A stretch of 63,918 nt of DNA, the filler included, from Streblomastix strix (taxonomy: Eukaryota), in NCBI GenBank assembly GCA_008636045.1. It is 4 parts of 4 records of this genome, joined end to end, with 100 filler letters (N's around TTAATTAATTAA, not from the genome) between each part and the next. Parts side by side here need not be neighbours in the genome. Positions count along the whole stretch, not along the records: positions 1 to 15,910 come from SNRW01000907.1; positions 16,011 to 31,918 come from SNRW01000908.1; 2 more parts are not named here. One strand, 5' to 3'. The first letter of the stretch is position 1. Each line of letters opens with the position of its first letter. The notes below the pieces were generated by a model. The model did not search any database, had not been told where the DNA came from, and was given only the letters and a program-made list of their open reading frames with translations. This document shows, piece by piece, positions 14,784-28,343 of this stretch. Made by a program: the position numbers and the translations under genes.

Positions 14784-15490
14784 AAATAAAAAAAAATAAA
14801 ATGTAATGAATAATCAGTTTCAAAACATAATTGAATTAATAAATAAAACTATGAAATTAATCTTAAACTCATTGAAATTGATTATCGAGTGAGTATTATA
14901 TTTATTTAAATAATTTTCATATCACTTATTTATTTATTTTATTTATATATTTTAATGTATATATAACAATATTTTACTTATTAATAATAAAAATAACATC
15001 TCTTATTAATTATTTTACTGAATAATCTTTTCTTAATAATTGAATTAATTTTATCAATTTAAAGAAATATTGTTCTTTTACTTCCCCAAAGAAAATATCT
15101 TCTTGTGTTAAAAGATAGAAATTATACTTTCCGAGCTAATGAATGGAGATATTTCTTCATACTCAATATATTTCTTCATACTGAATTTGAAGAAATAAAT
15201 GGAACTTTAGGGATTAAAATATTTAAACTAAATCCATAAATGGAATTTGTTATTATTTCTGGACTAATAAATTATTGTTTTACTTTATATGTTAAAATAA
15301 ATATTAAGAGTTCGTATATTTGTATTGTTATATTGTTTTATTAATTAAATAATTTAATAGAAAAAGTTATTATAATTGACTATTTAAAATATAAAAAATA
15401 ATTGATATTATACATTAATTTTAAATTCAGAGTCTATAACCCATAAAATTTATTATTATTTCTTTAAATGAACTTTAATATATAATATAA

Positions 15491-15910
15491 TCAATAACTT
15501 AATTGATACTTTTAGTCCAATATATTCAAAAATTGTATTAATAGCTTCGATTTTTTTGTTTATAAGGTGCTATTATTAAATTGCTAATATTAATTACTCT
15601 ACATTTTACACCATAATGATCTCTACTATCTGAATGAAATAATAAACCATCAATTTCATCATACAGTCCATCTTCTTCCATTTTAATGCAAATTTTAACA
15701 TTTAGTAATTTTATTTTATTTTAATCAGCAAAATGCATAGGTTCATAGATTGCAGATAGATTTAATACACAACTTGAAATAATGTCATCATAATCATTAG
15801 AACATCCACCAGCTTAACTCATCAATCTTGAAATTACTTTCATTTCATTATATCTATTAAGCATTTTCTCAATTCTATATTCTGAATGTTCTCTTTTTAG
15901 ATGATGAATT
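15491..15910 (-). CDS. 3' end of a hypothetical protein truncated by the contig edge
   Basis: Coding-like stretch under table 6 (..MEEDGLYDEIDGLLFH..) ending at TGA 15491-15493; no family recognised. Confidence 0.35.
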
Positions 15911-16010
15911 NNNNNNNNNNNNNNNNNNNNNNNNNNNNNNNNNNNNNNNNNNNNTTAATTAATTAANNNNNNNNNNNNNNNNNNNNNNNNNNNNNNNNNN
16001 NNNNNNNNNN
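15911..16010. other. Artificial contig linker (Ns with TTAATTAATTAA spacer)
   Basis: Same 100-nt N/TTAATTAATTAA/N block occurs three times; flanking genes are cut. Confidence 0.97.
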
Positions 16011-16787
16011 ATTTTGAATTACTAAGCATTTTCTATTCTTTTCTTGAGTATCAACATACTTGCAATGCTTTTCTAAGACCAAATGCCACACTGCTCTCAT
16101 AAAGAGTCTGATATGCAGCAACACGCATTCTAAAAGTGTTCAAAGGGGAATAACCAATAATAAGAAAAGAGTCAGCAATCAAACCTAAGTTCATCGCGCA
16201 CACGCAACAACAAAAACCCTCTTTCAGCACATGAGATTGTGACATGTCTTATAAGTTCATCTGTGTAAAGCGAAATAGAAGTGACAATGTGATAAAATAT
16301 ATATATTGAAATATTTAAATGTACCAAAGCATTCATCATAAAGTTACTCACGGACGGGGCAGATGCCGTTTTCACGCGCTTATCTCTGTACCAAAGCACG
16401 GTCGAGACTTTCCTATTTATGGTAATTTCATCGTAAAGTAAAAATAAAATAATTTATAAATTATTGGATGAAAATTGGATCATACATTTAAGGTCTCAAC
16501 ATCCTGACGTGTTGCTGGTGTTGCACTGACTTTCTGAACCCAACGTTGTCCTTCCTCCTCAAATTCTCTGTGAATATTGGGTAATATATATGGAATTAAA
16601 TTATTTTTATAGTGTAAAAATTACACCTTGGCGGCAGGATCGAATTTAAAATCTCCTAAGTAAAAGCAAGCTCTTTCTTTCCATCAGTGCTGCCCTTTTC
16701 TGCAGCTTTTTTCTCTTTTACATTGCTGACAAGTGTTGGAATGTCATATTTTACGAGCGATGGCAATAACGATGCCGTGACTGACAT
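16011..16787 (-). CDS. DNALI1: Axonemal inner-arm dynein light intermediate chain p28 (3' end cut by contig edge)
   Basis: SLVKYDIPTLVS..EILNSILPPR..WVQKVSATPATRQDV..ARENGICPVREQLYDECFDELIRHVTISCAERGFLLLRVRDELRMRVAAYQTLYESSVAFGLRKALQ matches the p28/IDA4 consensus; several short introns. Confidence 0.93.
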
Positions 16788-16939
16788 TTTAACTAAAAAT
16801 TAAGATCAAAAATAATGATAATGTTCAAAAAAAAAAGGAGTAAGGAAAGAAAGTAGTAAAAATGTGAGTGTTGGTTTGGTGACTCAAAGAGCAAAGTTAG
16901 CGAATTTTGATTTAATGGTTGTCAGGTCATTGAATCGAG

Positions 16940-17010
16940 ATCGGAACCTATCCGATGGGAGGGTCTGGGGTTTTTGCCTCAGACAGCGTGTTTGGGGGGC
17001 GGTAGCCCCA
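16940..17010. other. GC-rich island of three adjacent hairpins (possible small structured RNA, regulatory element or mini-element)
   Basis: ATCGGA-accta-TCCGAT; GTCTGGGG-tttttg-CCTCAGAC; GGGGC-ggta-GCCCC, in AT-rich intergenic DNA upstream of p28. Confidence 0.4.
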
Positions 17011-17551
17011 TATCAAGATTAAAATAAAGGAGTAATGTATTATATTTAAAAGAAAGAGAAAAATAATTGCTGTATATATAATGTACAGTGGGAAAATTTG
17101 TAATTTATTTTGTTATTTTAATTATAGTTCTATTTGTTGTATTTGGTAATATAAAATTGTGTAAATAGTTTGTATGCGAATTTAAATGATATATTTGAAA
17201 CTTAATTACAAAATTATTTCTATTTCGACTAGGAATTGTAATTTTACTAATATTTCAATATATCAAAGGAATGAATAATCTAAGCCATTAATTTTGCAAT
17301 TATGATTGAATTTTCATATATTAGAGTGGAATTATATATGACAAATGCGGATACATCTAAAGAACAACGAATAAAATATTAAACAGCAAGAAATAAATAT
17401 GTGAAAATAAAAATCGTCGTTCATGTACTTTAATTTATTATGACAGTAAATTATATTATAAAATAATAATATTATATCACTGAATTAGTTGGTATTAAGA
17501 ACGATTAAATTAAAACAAATTAATTAAATTAAATAATAATTTATGAAAATC

Positions 17552-20500
17552 TCATTGTTTTTCGCGTGCACCAATAATAACACCAAATAAACCAACCACT
17601 CCTGGTATGTGAGGCGAAACAAGATCAATTGCATGTCTTAAGTTCATCATCTTTGTTCTCATATCCAGCACAAACTGTCTAGCTACCTTGTACAAACGGT
17701 TGTAGCACTCGTCGAAGTTTGGATCGCGAGAGTTCATTACTTTCTTCAATTCAAATACGCATGCTCTTGAAAGTGTCTATGAAAAATATATAATAAATTA
17801 TTTTTAAATTATTTTTAAATTAAATTTAGAATTACATAATAAATGGTCATCAAACCTCTCTATTCTTCTTGCGAATGTAATTTTCATCATTTGGATCCTC
17901 ATTCACTTTCTTATTTTCATTTTATTACTCCATTTATTTCTACTAAGTATTACTGTTACTTTATTATTTATTTATTGATTTTTAATTTATCTGATCTTAA
18001 TTTGTTGAAGCTGGAGTAGATCGATTAGGTTGACGATTTGAAATAACTGAAGGAATGGATTAGATTGAATGAAGCTATGAATAGTTGGATTAAAATGAAG
18101 ATGAACTTTAAGATGATTATATTGGATTAATTTGTTTCTCGCTTTTTATTGAATTTTGTATCAAATTTTAACTGTTTTTAATTGTTTAGACTATTTTCCC
18201 TTTATTCATTTATTAAGTTTCTTTAATTTCAATCTACTAATTCTTCATATAAATATTTTATTGAGCAAAAAATTCCTTTGTATCTGGAATAGCGAATGAA
18301 ATATGTTCCCATCTTCTATGTTTTAATAATTTAATAATATTTGAATAGAATTAAATCTTTTTATTCTATTATTATTTCTATTAACAAATATCTTCATTAC
18401 TTGGATATTAGGAATATAAATCATTTTGAATATTCATAATAGATTAAATAGGAGGGTTTGATAATCTTTATTTATTATATTATTGCATTGATTGTAAAAT
18501 ATTTGTTTAATTTCCAATTGTTAACGAAGAATTAATTTATTAAGAATTTCTTAAGTTTATATTCGATTTTTAATCAACAATATTTTGATTTTAGTTAAAC
18601 TTAATTTCAGTTGTGTTCGTAATTAAAGTAAACATGAATTATCCCATCACTGAAAATTATGTTTATTATTTACTTTGTGTTTGATGTGTAATATTTGACT
18701 ATGTATTAGTTTCTTTTCTTTTCTTTTCAGTGACTTTCTTATTATTTATTTTTTAATTCATAATAAGTACTTCATTTCCATCAGCATCTATATCAACAGT
18801 AATGTTATTCTCTTATTCTTTTCCTTTCTTTAATTTGGTAGTTTTGTTCTTTATTGGCGATTTTTCCTGAAATTTGTTATTATTTTAATTGTGAGTTTCT
18901 TTTTTCACTAATTTTTATATTGGTGATTTAATTTAGTTTGGTTTTAAATTTATTTTTGGTGATTTATTATTGTTAACGAATACCTTTGAGCTTTGATTAC
19001 TTTTCTTATTTATTTCTCTTTATTCTTCTTTCTTATCATTTTCTATATCCATTTCTAATTATTTATCGAAGTCATTCATTTTTAATTTATCTTCAAACAT
19101 TTTCATGTTTTAATATTCAATTGTAATTTTAATTAATATCCACAAAGCTATTCTTTCTTTATAAGTATTCATTAATATGTCTCTTGAATATAATGATGTT
19201 TATACTATATATTATGGCTATGATTAGTGTGAAGTAGATTATGATGAAGACTAATTAGAAGTTGCAGAAGTAGAAGAAGAAGAAGAAGATGTAGAAGTCA
19301 GTACTGTGGGTTATGTATTATTCAGTTTCAATAAAGGAGTAGATCCAATTAAAGGTTGTATTTATTATATATTCTTATCATCATTTACTTTCTCCTCCTT
19401 TTTTTCCTTCAATTTCTCTTTTTCTACAAATAAATCCTCTTTAGCTTCTATTTTTTATAATAATATAGAAGCTAATTTGCAAATATCATTTCCTTATTCA
19501 TTTATTCCTTCTGTTGCATCTTACATAATAGATGAATGAATGAAAGTTTAGTTTTAATTTAATAAGTAATTGTTCTGATAATAATTATTATAATTAAGCT
19601 AAATCTGGTCTATGTTATATTAGTTATTATTATTTTATTAATTATTATTTTATTAATCATTTATTATATCATTATCTCTATCAATAACCATAGGAACATT
19701 TTAATCTTATTATTCATTTTGCTATTCTTTTTCTATGCTCATTTATCTAATTCCATCTTTTTCTTTCAAAATATTTGATTATTATAATTTTCTATTTTCT
19801 TTCTTCTAATGTTTACTATTTTGTTAATTATCTTCATCTGTACCATTTATTATATAATATGGTATATAATCTATATTATTTTCATTGTTATTAATATTCT
19901 TTCCATTTAAATTTCCTTATTACTAATCTAATTAATTATTGATATCATTTTGTATTTACTGATCTTATTCAGATCCACACCACACACCAAAGATAAGAGA
20001 ATTAATTCCATAAAATATATAATTAGATTAATTATTATTATTGATATTTATTTATTATTTAGAAGTTTAGTCTTGATTTGCAATTTACTTTCTATTTTTA
20101 GCTTTTGGAGTTTAATATTGAATATTTAATTATTAATTTTATTTAGCTTCTTTATTTTTCAAATTTTATTAGCTTAAAATTAACTATTCGTGTAATTAAA
20201 TTATTGATTATTTTTTTGGTGTTTATTCTAATAAATTATTTAAATTTTTATTTCCAATTAATTCAGATTATTATAATTTGTTTTAATTTAATAATTGTTA
20301 TGAAGATTATAATTATTAATTCTCTTATTATTTTAAAGAAGAAGAATTAGAAGGAGAAATAATATCAATCTTGGAAGCAGACATAATATTTGGCGTGAAT
20401 AAAGAAGATGATTAAGAAGATGATTGGAATATTGATGTATAAGAGATTGGATTGGATGATTATATATTTGTATTAGTTGGTTATTATGTATGAGAATAAA

Positions 20501-23500
20501 AAGGAGAAAATAGAGAAGATTATGGATTTTATTATATCTTCTATTTTATTGGTGTCATTGCTTCTAATCCTGATGATTGCATTGCATTTAATATCAATTT
20601 ATTACCAATTTATTACTATTATTGTTGTTGCTGTTTTCTTGGAGTTAAAATTGTACTATCTAAATTTATGCTCAAATTATTACTATTATTTTATGCAGGT
20701 GAAATAATAGAAGGTGATATATTTGAAGATATTTAGTTACTTTAAATGTTAATAAAATTTTATTTAGGAGTATTAACATTAACTGCTTTCATTGGAGATT
20801 AAGATAACTATTGAGTAAGAATATCAATTTATTGTTATTATAATTGTGTAGTTGATGAATATTACCGTTAATGTTGAGGAGAAGATTATATAGTTTGTGA
20901 TTTAGAAGAAATTTATTGTTGTTATTGTTAAGATAATTAATAAGAAGATTTTGGTGATTAAGTAAATTGAGTTTAAGGTGATTATAACAGTTGTGAAATT
21001 GGAGAGAATTTATTTCCTTCAATTTGTGAGAGAGGGAGTGGAATTTGAGTTGGTGAAATTGATGATGAAGAATTCAAAGATTGTTTATTTTTATTCATTG
21101 TCTTATTTCTAATATTTTCATCATATTAATCAAATAAATTGTCAAACATTTATTTTTTCTGTACTTTCTTATGATATTTCTTCTCTCTATATTTCTATAT
21201 TTATTCAAATGAAATTATCTCTCTTTTCATATCAATTTATAAATCAAATTCAAAATCAGTTATTTTTGCACCAAACATAATCCACTCATCTCGTTTTATT
21301 GGAATTAACTATTAAAATAATGATTAATTTTCTTCTTATTCATTATTCATTTCATTATTTTGTTATTTATTTATTTCTTCGTCTTCAATATGAGTTTCTT
21401 CTTGGTGACTAATTTTATTTTCTGTCTAAATTTTATATCTTTTCTTTTTCTATAACTTAATAAAATTATTATTTTATATCCATTCCTAATCGATATTATT
21501 CAATTTCTTTTTATTCATCTTATGAATCAAATCTTTTCTTCCCAATGATTCATCTTATTCTCCAATCTTCATCCCACTACTCTGATAATACTCACTTTAA
21601 GAAGGCATTCCAGAGAATGCAATCTTCTCCTTCATTCTTATTTCTTTTTCTTTTAATTTCTTCTCTTTTTCTTATTATTATTATCTTTATTAGTTAGTTA
21701 ACTATTATTGAGGAGAAGGTAAAGATGCAGAAGGAAGCGATTGTGGAGTGAGTGTAGATGGTAATGAATTATTGAACCATGGCTATGAATAACTCCATCC
21801 TGATTATGAATTGGATTATGAATTGAATAATGAATTGGATTATGAATTGAATAATGAATTGGATTATGAACTGAATTGAGATACTGATTAAATACTGTTA
21901 TTAGGAGATATTGATGAATATGATGATTGAGGTAAGTATTAGAATGAATTATTATAATTATTTTGTTATTATACTTGTTGCTTATCACCATATAATTGTT
22001 ATTAATTAGGAAATAAGTTAGCAAAATTAATATTTAATTGTTTCTCATTTAATCTCAATTATGCATTTTTCTTCATTTGTTCATGTTATTCTTATTTCCT
22101 CCTTTTATCTTCAATTCTTTATAATCTATATTCTTCTTCAATATAAGGATTAAATCTAAAGTTACTGATATGAAGAGGAAAGAAATGGAATTGTGGAAGA
22201 CTTATAAATGTATGTGACAAATGTTATTTTGAAATATAATGTATAGGTATTTAAGTAGTTAGGTAAGAAAAAGAATATTATGGTTTAGAAGAAGATTAAT
22301 ATGATTGAATAATTTGTTTCTTTTATTATTTTGGTTAATAATCTCTTTCCATTCTTCTCCCTCTTTATTTTAGATTAATTTATTCTTTTTATTTCTTTTG
22401 CTATTTTACTATTTATCTTTTGTTTTCAATTTTTTTCTTTTTCACATTTTCCCTTTTTATTTGATTATATTTTTTATTTACCTTCTTTTTCTTCGATCTT
22501 TTATTATTATGATTATTTTCAGTTTAATAAGAAGGTTAATCAGATAAAGAAGGAGAAGGAGAAGAATGTGGAGATGAGAGATTGAGTTCTTCATCTGAAA
22601 GGAAAGAATATATTGATGATGAGAATGATGATGAATACGTTTATGAAGTTGATGAAGAAATTGAAGATAGAGATGAAGAGCGTTTGTTTATTTATTGATT
22701 TTATAGGGACTTTTATCCAATTTATGATTTTGTCTTTGATTATGAAGATGATGATGAAGAAGAAGAAGAAGGCAATTAGCTCATCTTTAAATTTATATTC
22801 TCTTTATCTTTCTCCATTTATATTCCTCTTTTCTACATATCAATCTGCATTTCAACTGCCATTTCTTTTCCATATTATTATATTAATGACAAATTTTCTC
22901 CATTTCTTGCTATAATTTAATTAGATAGGTATTCAATAGTATTCTTGCTTTAATTCTTTTATTATTGTTGTTATTATTAGTTTTGTAAAATACTGATTTC
23001 TTCCCCTTTGAATTACATGAATGAAGGAGTGTGTGTTGGAGACAAAGGAAGAAGAAGAGGAGAATATTCAGACAGAGGAAATGAATGAATGAGATCTGGA
23101 GACTGAATTTCAAATGAAGAAAATATGGGACTTGGAGAAGGAATAGAAATATGAGAAGAAGATGAATTAAGATTGAGTTGTGATGATGATTGGTGAATTT
23201 ATTTGTTGGATGAATTTGATAATTGAGAAGTTGTGCGTTAAAATTGTGGCTTTTAATTCTAAATTTATTATTACTACTATTAAATCTATTTCTGATATTA
23301 TTATTTCTAATGCTATTAATATTATTAAATGAATTCTCCAGGATCATATTACTAAAAGAAAGGCAATTTGGTGAAGTTAATATTTGCATGTAATGATAAT
23401 TCAGAAAAAGTGGATAATGAAGCAGTTGGTGAATATGAAGAATCAGAATGAATGGAATGATGAGATGAATTCTGTGATTATTGTTCAGATGAAGATAATT

Positions 23501-26500
23501 GAGATGAAGAAGGAGAAATATCTGTGATTGGAGATGTTGAATTAGATTGAGAATCTTATTGTGTTAGATTGGATGTTTCTGAATGGCTATATGATGAAGA
23601 TGATATTGGGGATTGTGAAGATTAAAAAGATGTTTCAGATGTTACTTATGATGAAGATATATTATCAAATTACTATTAATCTGGATTATTATCTTATGAT
23701 TGAATAAGCTAATTATTTTGACTTTTACTTTCATCAGATGTATTAATATTTATTTAATCTACCAGGCTGTCGTTCTTTCTATCTTCATCTTTATCTATTA
23801 TCATTCCTTCTCTTTCTATTTAACCAACATTTATATTCATATTAGAATCATTTCCAATAGACATTATACTCATTCCCCTGATCCATTCACCATTCATTCC
23901 TTTATGCAATCTTGGTTTATTTCTTTTCTTCTATTTCTATTCCTTCAAGTTTTATTATTCATTCTCTTCATTCTAATCTTTATGCATATTATTATCACTC
24001 TCTTATTCAGTATCAATATCTTTCTCCTTATCAATATCATCTACTTCCTTATTATCCTTAATATCATTAATCTAATTATTCTTCTGTCTTTCCAACTCAA
24101 TTTCCATTTCTTTAGTCACTTTCATCTCCAATGCATACATATTCCTCTTATCTCGTCTCCTTCTTCTGATAAATCTTCTTTTCTTTCTTTTATTTATATT
24201 CATCATTCTTTCTTATTGCTATTCTCCTGTTAAATGCTTTGAATGATTTTTATGGTGAATAATATATTTATATTCATTGGTGTTATTTCTTTACTAATTC
24301 ATTACTGGATTATTAAATGGTTTATCAAATACTTATTTCTCTTTTATTGGTTATTAATTCATTCCTTCCTTTTCTTTTTAATCCAATTAATTTAAATGAA
24401 TTTATTAGATAGCAATTGAAGGAATTAACGGAGGTTTGCCTAAAAATGGAAAATATGACATTTATTCATAATCATCTTATTCTGTTTATTCTTCTTTAAT
24501 TATTTATATTTTTATCTCTTTTTATTTATCTTTCTCTTTAACTTTATCTTTTTCTTTCTCGTTTTCATTTTCATTTTCATTCACATCTCTGTTAATAAAT
24601 CCATAATTTGTTTATTAAATTTAATTTTTAACTTTATTTATCATATTGTTCATCAACATAAATCCTTCACAATTTGCCATCGGAGTAAAGAAATGGCAAA
24701 AATTAATTTCCATTTCATCTTCATCTTCATCATCTTCACTTTCTTCATCCTCATAATCACTATCATCTTATTATTCTAATCTATTTTATATCTTATTATC
24801 AAGTGAATTATGGTCTGAAATTGTTTTACTTAATCCTTATAGAGAATTATTTTATGTTCGAATAATGTGCGATTTTATTAAATATATTTATTGCTGTAAT
24901 TATTATTAGGGTGAATATAAATTAGAAGGCAAAAGCATTGATGATTATTATTATTACTAAGAAGAAGTAGATGAAGACGAATCCGAATTTTAATTTGTTT
25001 AAGATGATGATGTTGGTTCAATGATTGAAACACGCGAATGAGGATTCTATAATGATAGTTAAGTTTGATTTGATCTTTAATTATAATAATTTTGTTCGTT
25101 TGGTTGTATTTATTATATTTCTTATTATTCTAAATTTAATGAATTTTAAATTTATTGATTCTAATGTTATTGTTTTGATTGATTCAATCCAAATCCAAGT
25201 AAATTTAATTGATTAGAATTTGAATTGCTTGATTATTATTAATAAAATTAATTTCCTTTCATTTATTGATTTAAAAAAGCGAATGAATTTGGAATTTATT
25301 ATTATTGATTCTGAATACTCTCTAATCCACGAACTTGAGTGAATGAAACCTTTGGTGTATATAATGGAGAATGTTACTAAGAAGGAAAAAGAGCAGATTA
25401 ATAAGAAGAGAAAGAGAAATTAGACTGTGAAAGTGATAATGGAGATTAAGATGATGAGATTAACGGACTTCTGTCTGAATCATTTGAATTATATTTACTA
25501 TTTTCATTTCTATTACTTTATTCTTCTTTATTAATATTTTGATCTTTATCCATTTTGTTTCCTTATTATTTCTTTTCTTTCCCTCCTTCTTTTAATTACA
25601 ATAATTAATAAGCACTTCTGTTCAAATTAGAATTATTCAATTGATTGTTCTGTTAAGGACTTTGAGATTAGAATTTATTCTATAACTAATTTAATGGAGG
25701 AGGAGATAACAAAGTATGTGAAAGATCGAGTGCAATAAATGTGTCTATTAATTCTTCTCGAAATGGAAATATGCCACCAAGCTAAAAAAAATATAAAATA
25801 TAATTAATAAAAATAAAAAGAGAAAATTCATTAAAAATAGACATCAAACTTTCATTATTAATTTCTTCAAATTGATTTTTGGATATTGTAAAATTTCCAC
25901 TTAATCCAATTATCCAAATTATAAGAACGACAAATTATGAAATTGACCATTCTATTACTCAATATTATATTTCCAAAAAGGAGTATTTGTAAATGAAGGA
26001 AATAGTAATGAAGGTGCAACAGATGAATTAGCAGAAGAAGGAATGATTGAATAAGGTTATATTTATGAAGATATAACTTAAGAAGGTAATTAAGAAGGAA
26101 TCTAAGATGAAGGAATAGATTATAGTAATTGAGGAGTGTTTGACTCTGAATGTGGAAGTGAATCAAATGAATGTGAAACAGATCGTGATGGAGCTGGAGA
26201 ATTAGATTAACTTGTAGAATATATATGAATATCTGATTGCTAATATGATGGAGAAAGTGACCTCTATTAATCCTACAGAGATGATATTGATGATGAAGAA
26301 GAAGATGTATCAGATGGAGATACAGTTGATACTAAGACTGTTTATGATCTAGATGGATCTATAAAGGAATTTGGTGCATATGAAAGTGGGTGAGATTATT
26401 AATATATTTAACCTGAATTAGGATAAGGAGAAGGAGATGATAAAGAAGAAGAAGTTGATGATGAAGATTATGATGAAGAAAATGATGAATTTTGTAAGAA

Positions 26501-28283
26501 AAGTAAACTATTTTAATTTAAGCTACTAATTATTCCTTTATCATTTTCTTTCAAAAAATTATTCAATGTGGTTTTGTTCAAGATATCAATTTTCTTATTT
26601 TCTCTTTCAGCCACAATTAATTTCAATTTATTTATTTCTCTTTCTTTTTATTTCATCCTTATCTCTGGTGGAGTAAAATAATCATATAAAATCTCTTCTC
26701 TTTTAAGTTGGATTCTTATCATTGCAGAGAATATTTCATCAAGTTTGTTCATATAATGATGGTTTTGAGAAGTTAATTATTAAGGATTTGTTAAATTATT
26801 GGTGAGTGAATGATTATTTTCAAATCTTTCTTATATATTTTTATTAACTTTACAATTAATTTAATTATTAATGTTCAAAATCTAGCTCAATTAATTCATC
26901 TTTGAAATCAAATCATTTAAAAATGAATGAGGAAAAGATTGAACAACAATTTCTTCATTTCTATTTGAATATTAATAACCTTAATTATTCTAATTCTCGA
27001 TACTTTGTTATGAAGACATTAATCTTCTTCTCTTTCTCTTCCCAATGATGATTTCTTCACTTTAAACTTTTTTCTATTCATCATCTCGTTCCATTATTTC
27101 TCTTCCTCTTTTTTTAGGTTTCATATTCAACCCATTTAAATATGCAGTTTCACTCTCATTCTCTTCTCCTTCAGAATTACTCATATTTTTACTTTGATTC
27201 ATTTATGGTATTGTTTATTCAATTACGATTTCTCTTTAATTTATATTAATATTATCTTCACTATTAATATCATCTTTAATAACTTAGTTCTAATTTATCT
27301 CACTTTATTAATATGTAATTATTTATTTCCCTTCATTCACATTCATTGTTTCTTTGATTATCTCTTTAATATAAATCATTATAATATTTTCTCCACCAAA
27401 TTCTTATCCTAATTAGATGTTAATCGATTCATCGTTTTTGTCCTTTTCTTTGCTTATTTCATGTACAAAATTGTTAAGTTTTTTAAATAATTTATGTAAA
27501 TATTATTATTTAATTTTAGAATATTACAATTATAATTTCTGTTTACTCTATTTTTTATCATTTTGATGTAAACTTTATAAAGAATTAAGATATTTGATAA
27601 TCAACTCTCATAGATCTTAATTATAAAATATTTTTTTTAACGAGTAAATAGTTGATGATGGATAAGGAATAACTGAAGAATCGTTTAAAGAAGATGATGA
27701 TTAAGAAGAAAAAGAAGATAAAAAATGTGTAAAACGTGTTTTTGGAGATTCTAATGTATTATTCTGCATAAAAACAGATTTATGTTAATCAGATTATGAA
27801 TTATCTTTTATTAATGGAGAAGGAGGATGAATTGAAAATGTTGGTGAAGTTGGAATATTAGAAAGTGATAATTGAGATGATGATGAAGATGATGATGATG
27901 ATGAAGAAGAAGAAGGTAAAAGAAAAGATTATTAATTTTCAAACAGTTATGGAACCTGGACATGTGAATGTATTTATAGAGAAGGTGAATTACTAAATGA
28001 TCTTTGAATAGATGATTGATCTTAAATCAATTAGAATTAACTTGATTGGGGAGATGGAGATAATTAAGAAGGTGAAGAAGGAGGTAATATGGAATAAGGA
28101 GTTGATTTAGATTTATCTTATAAAATATTATGGATTGTTGATGAGACAAGTTATGATATTGAAAAGTTTGATTTTGATTGTGATTTAGTATTTGAAGATG
28201 ATTTGGATGATGATTAGTTCTATGTATGAGTGGTAAGTGTATTTGAAGAAAAGTTTTATTCAAGATTAGATTTTGGTTGAGTA

Positions 28284-28343
<60 letters not shown>

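Noticed and set aside
15955..15966. TTAATTAATTAA palindrome recurring about every 16 kb
   Set aside because: Artificial spacer between Ns. Gene neighbourhoods across these joins are meaningless, e.g. SAMHD1 next to the Polinton-like element is not evidence of a defence island.
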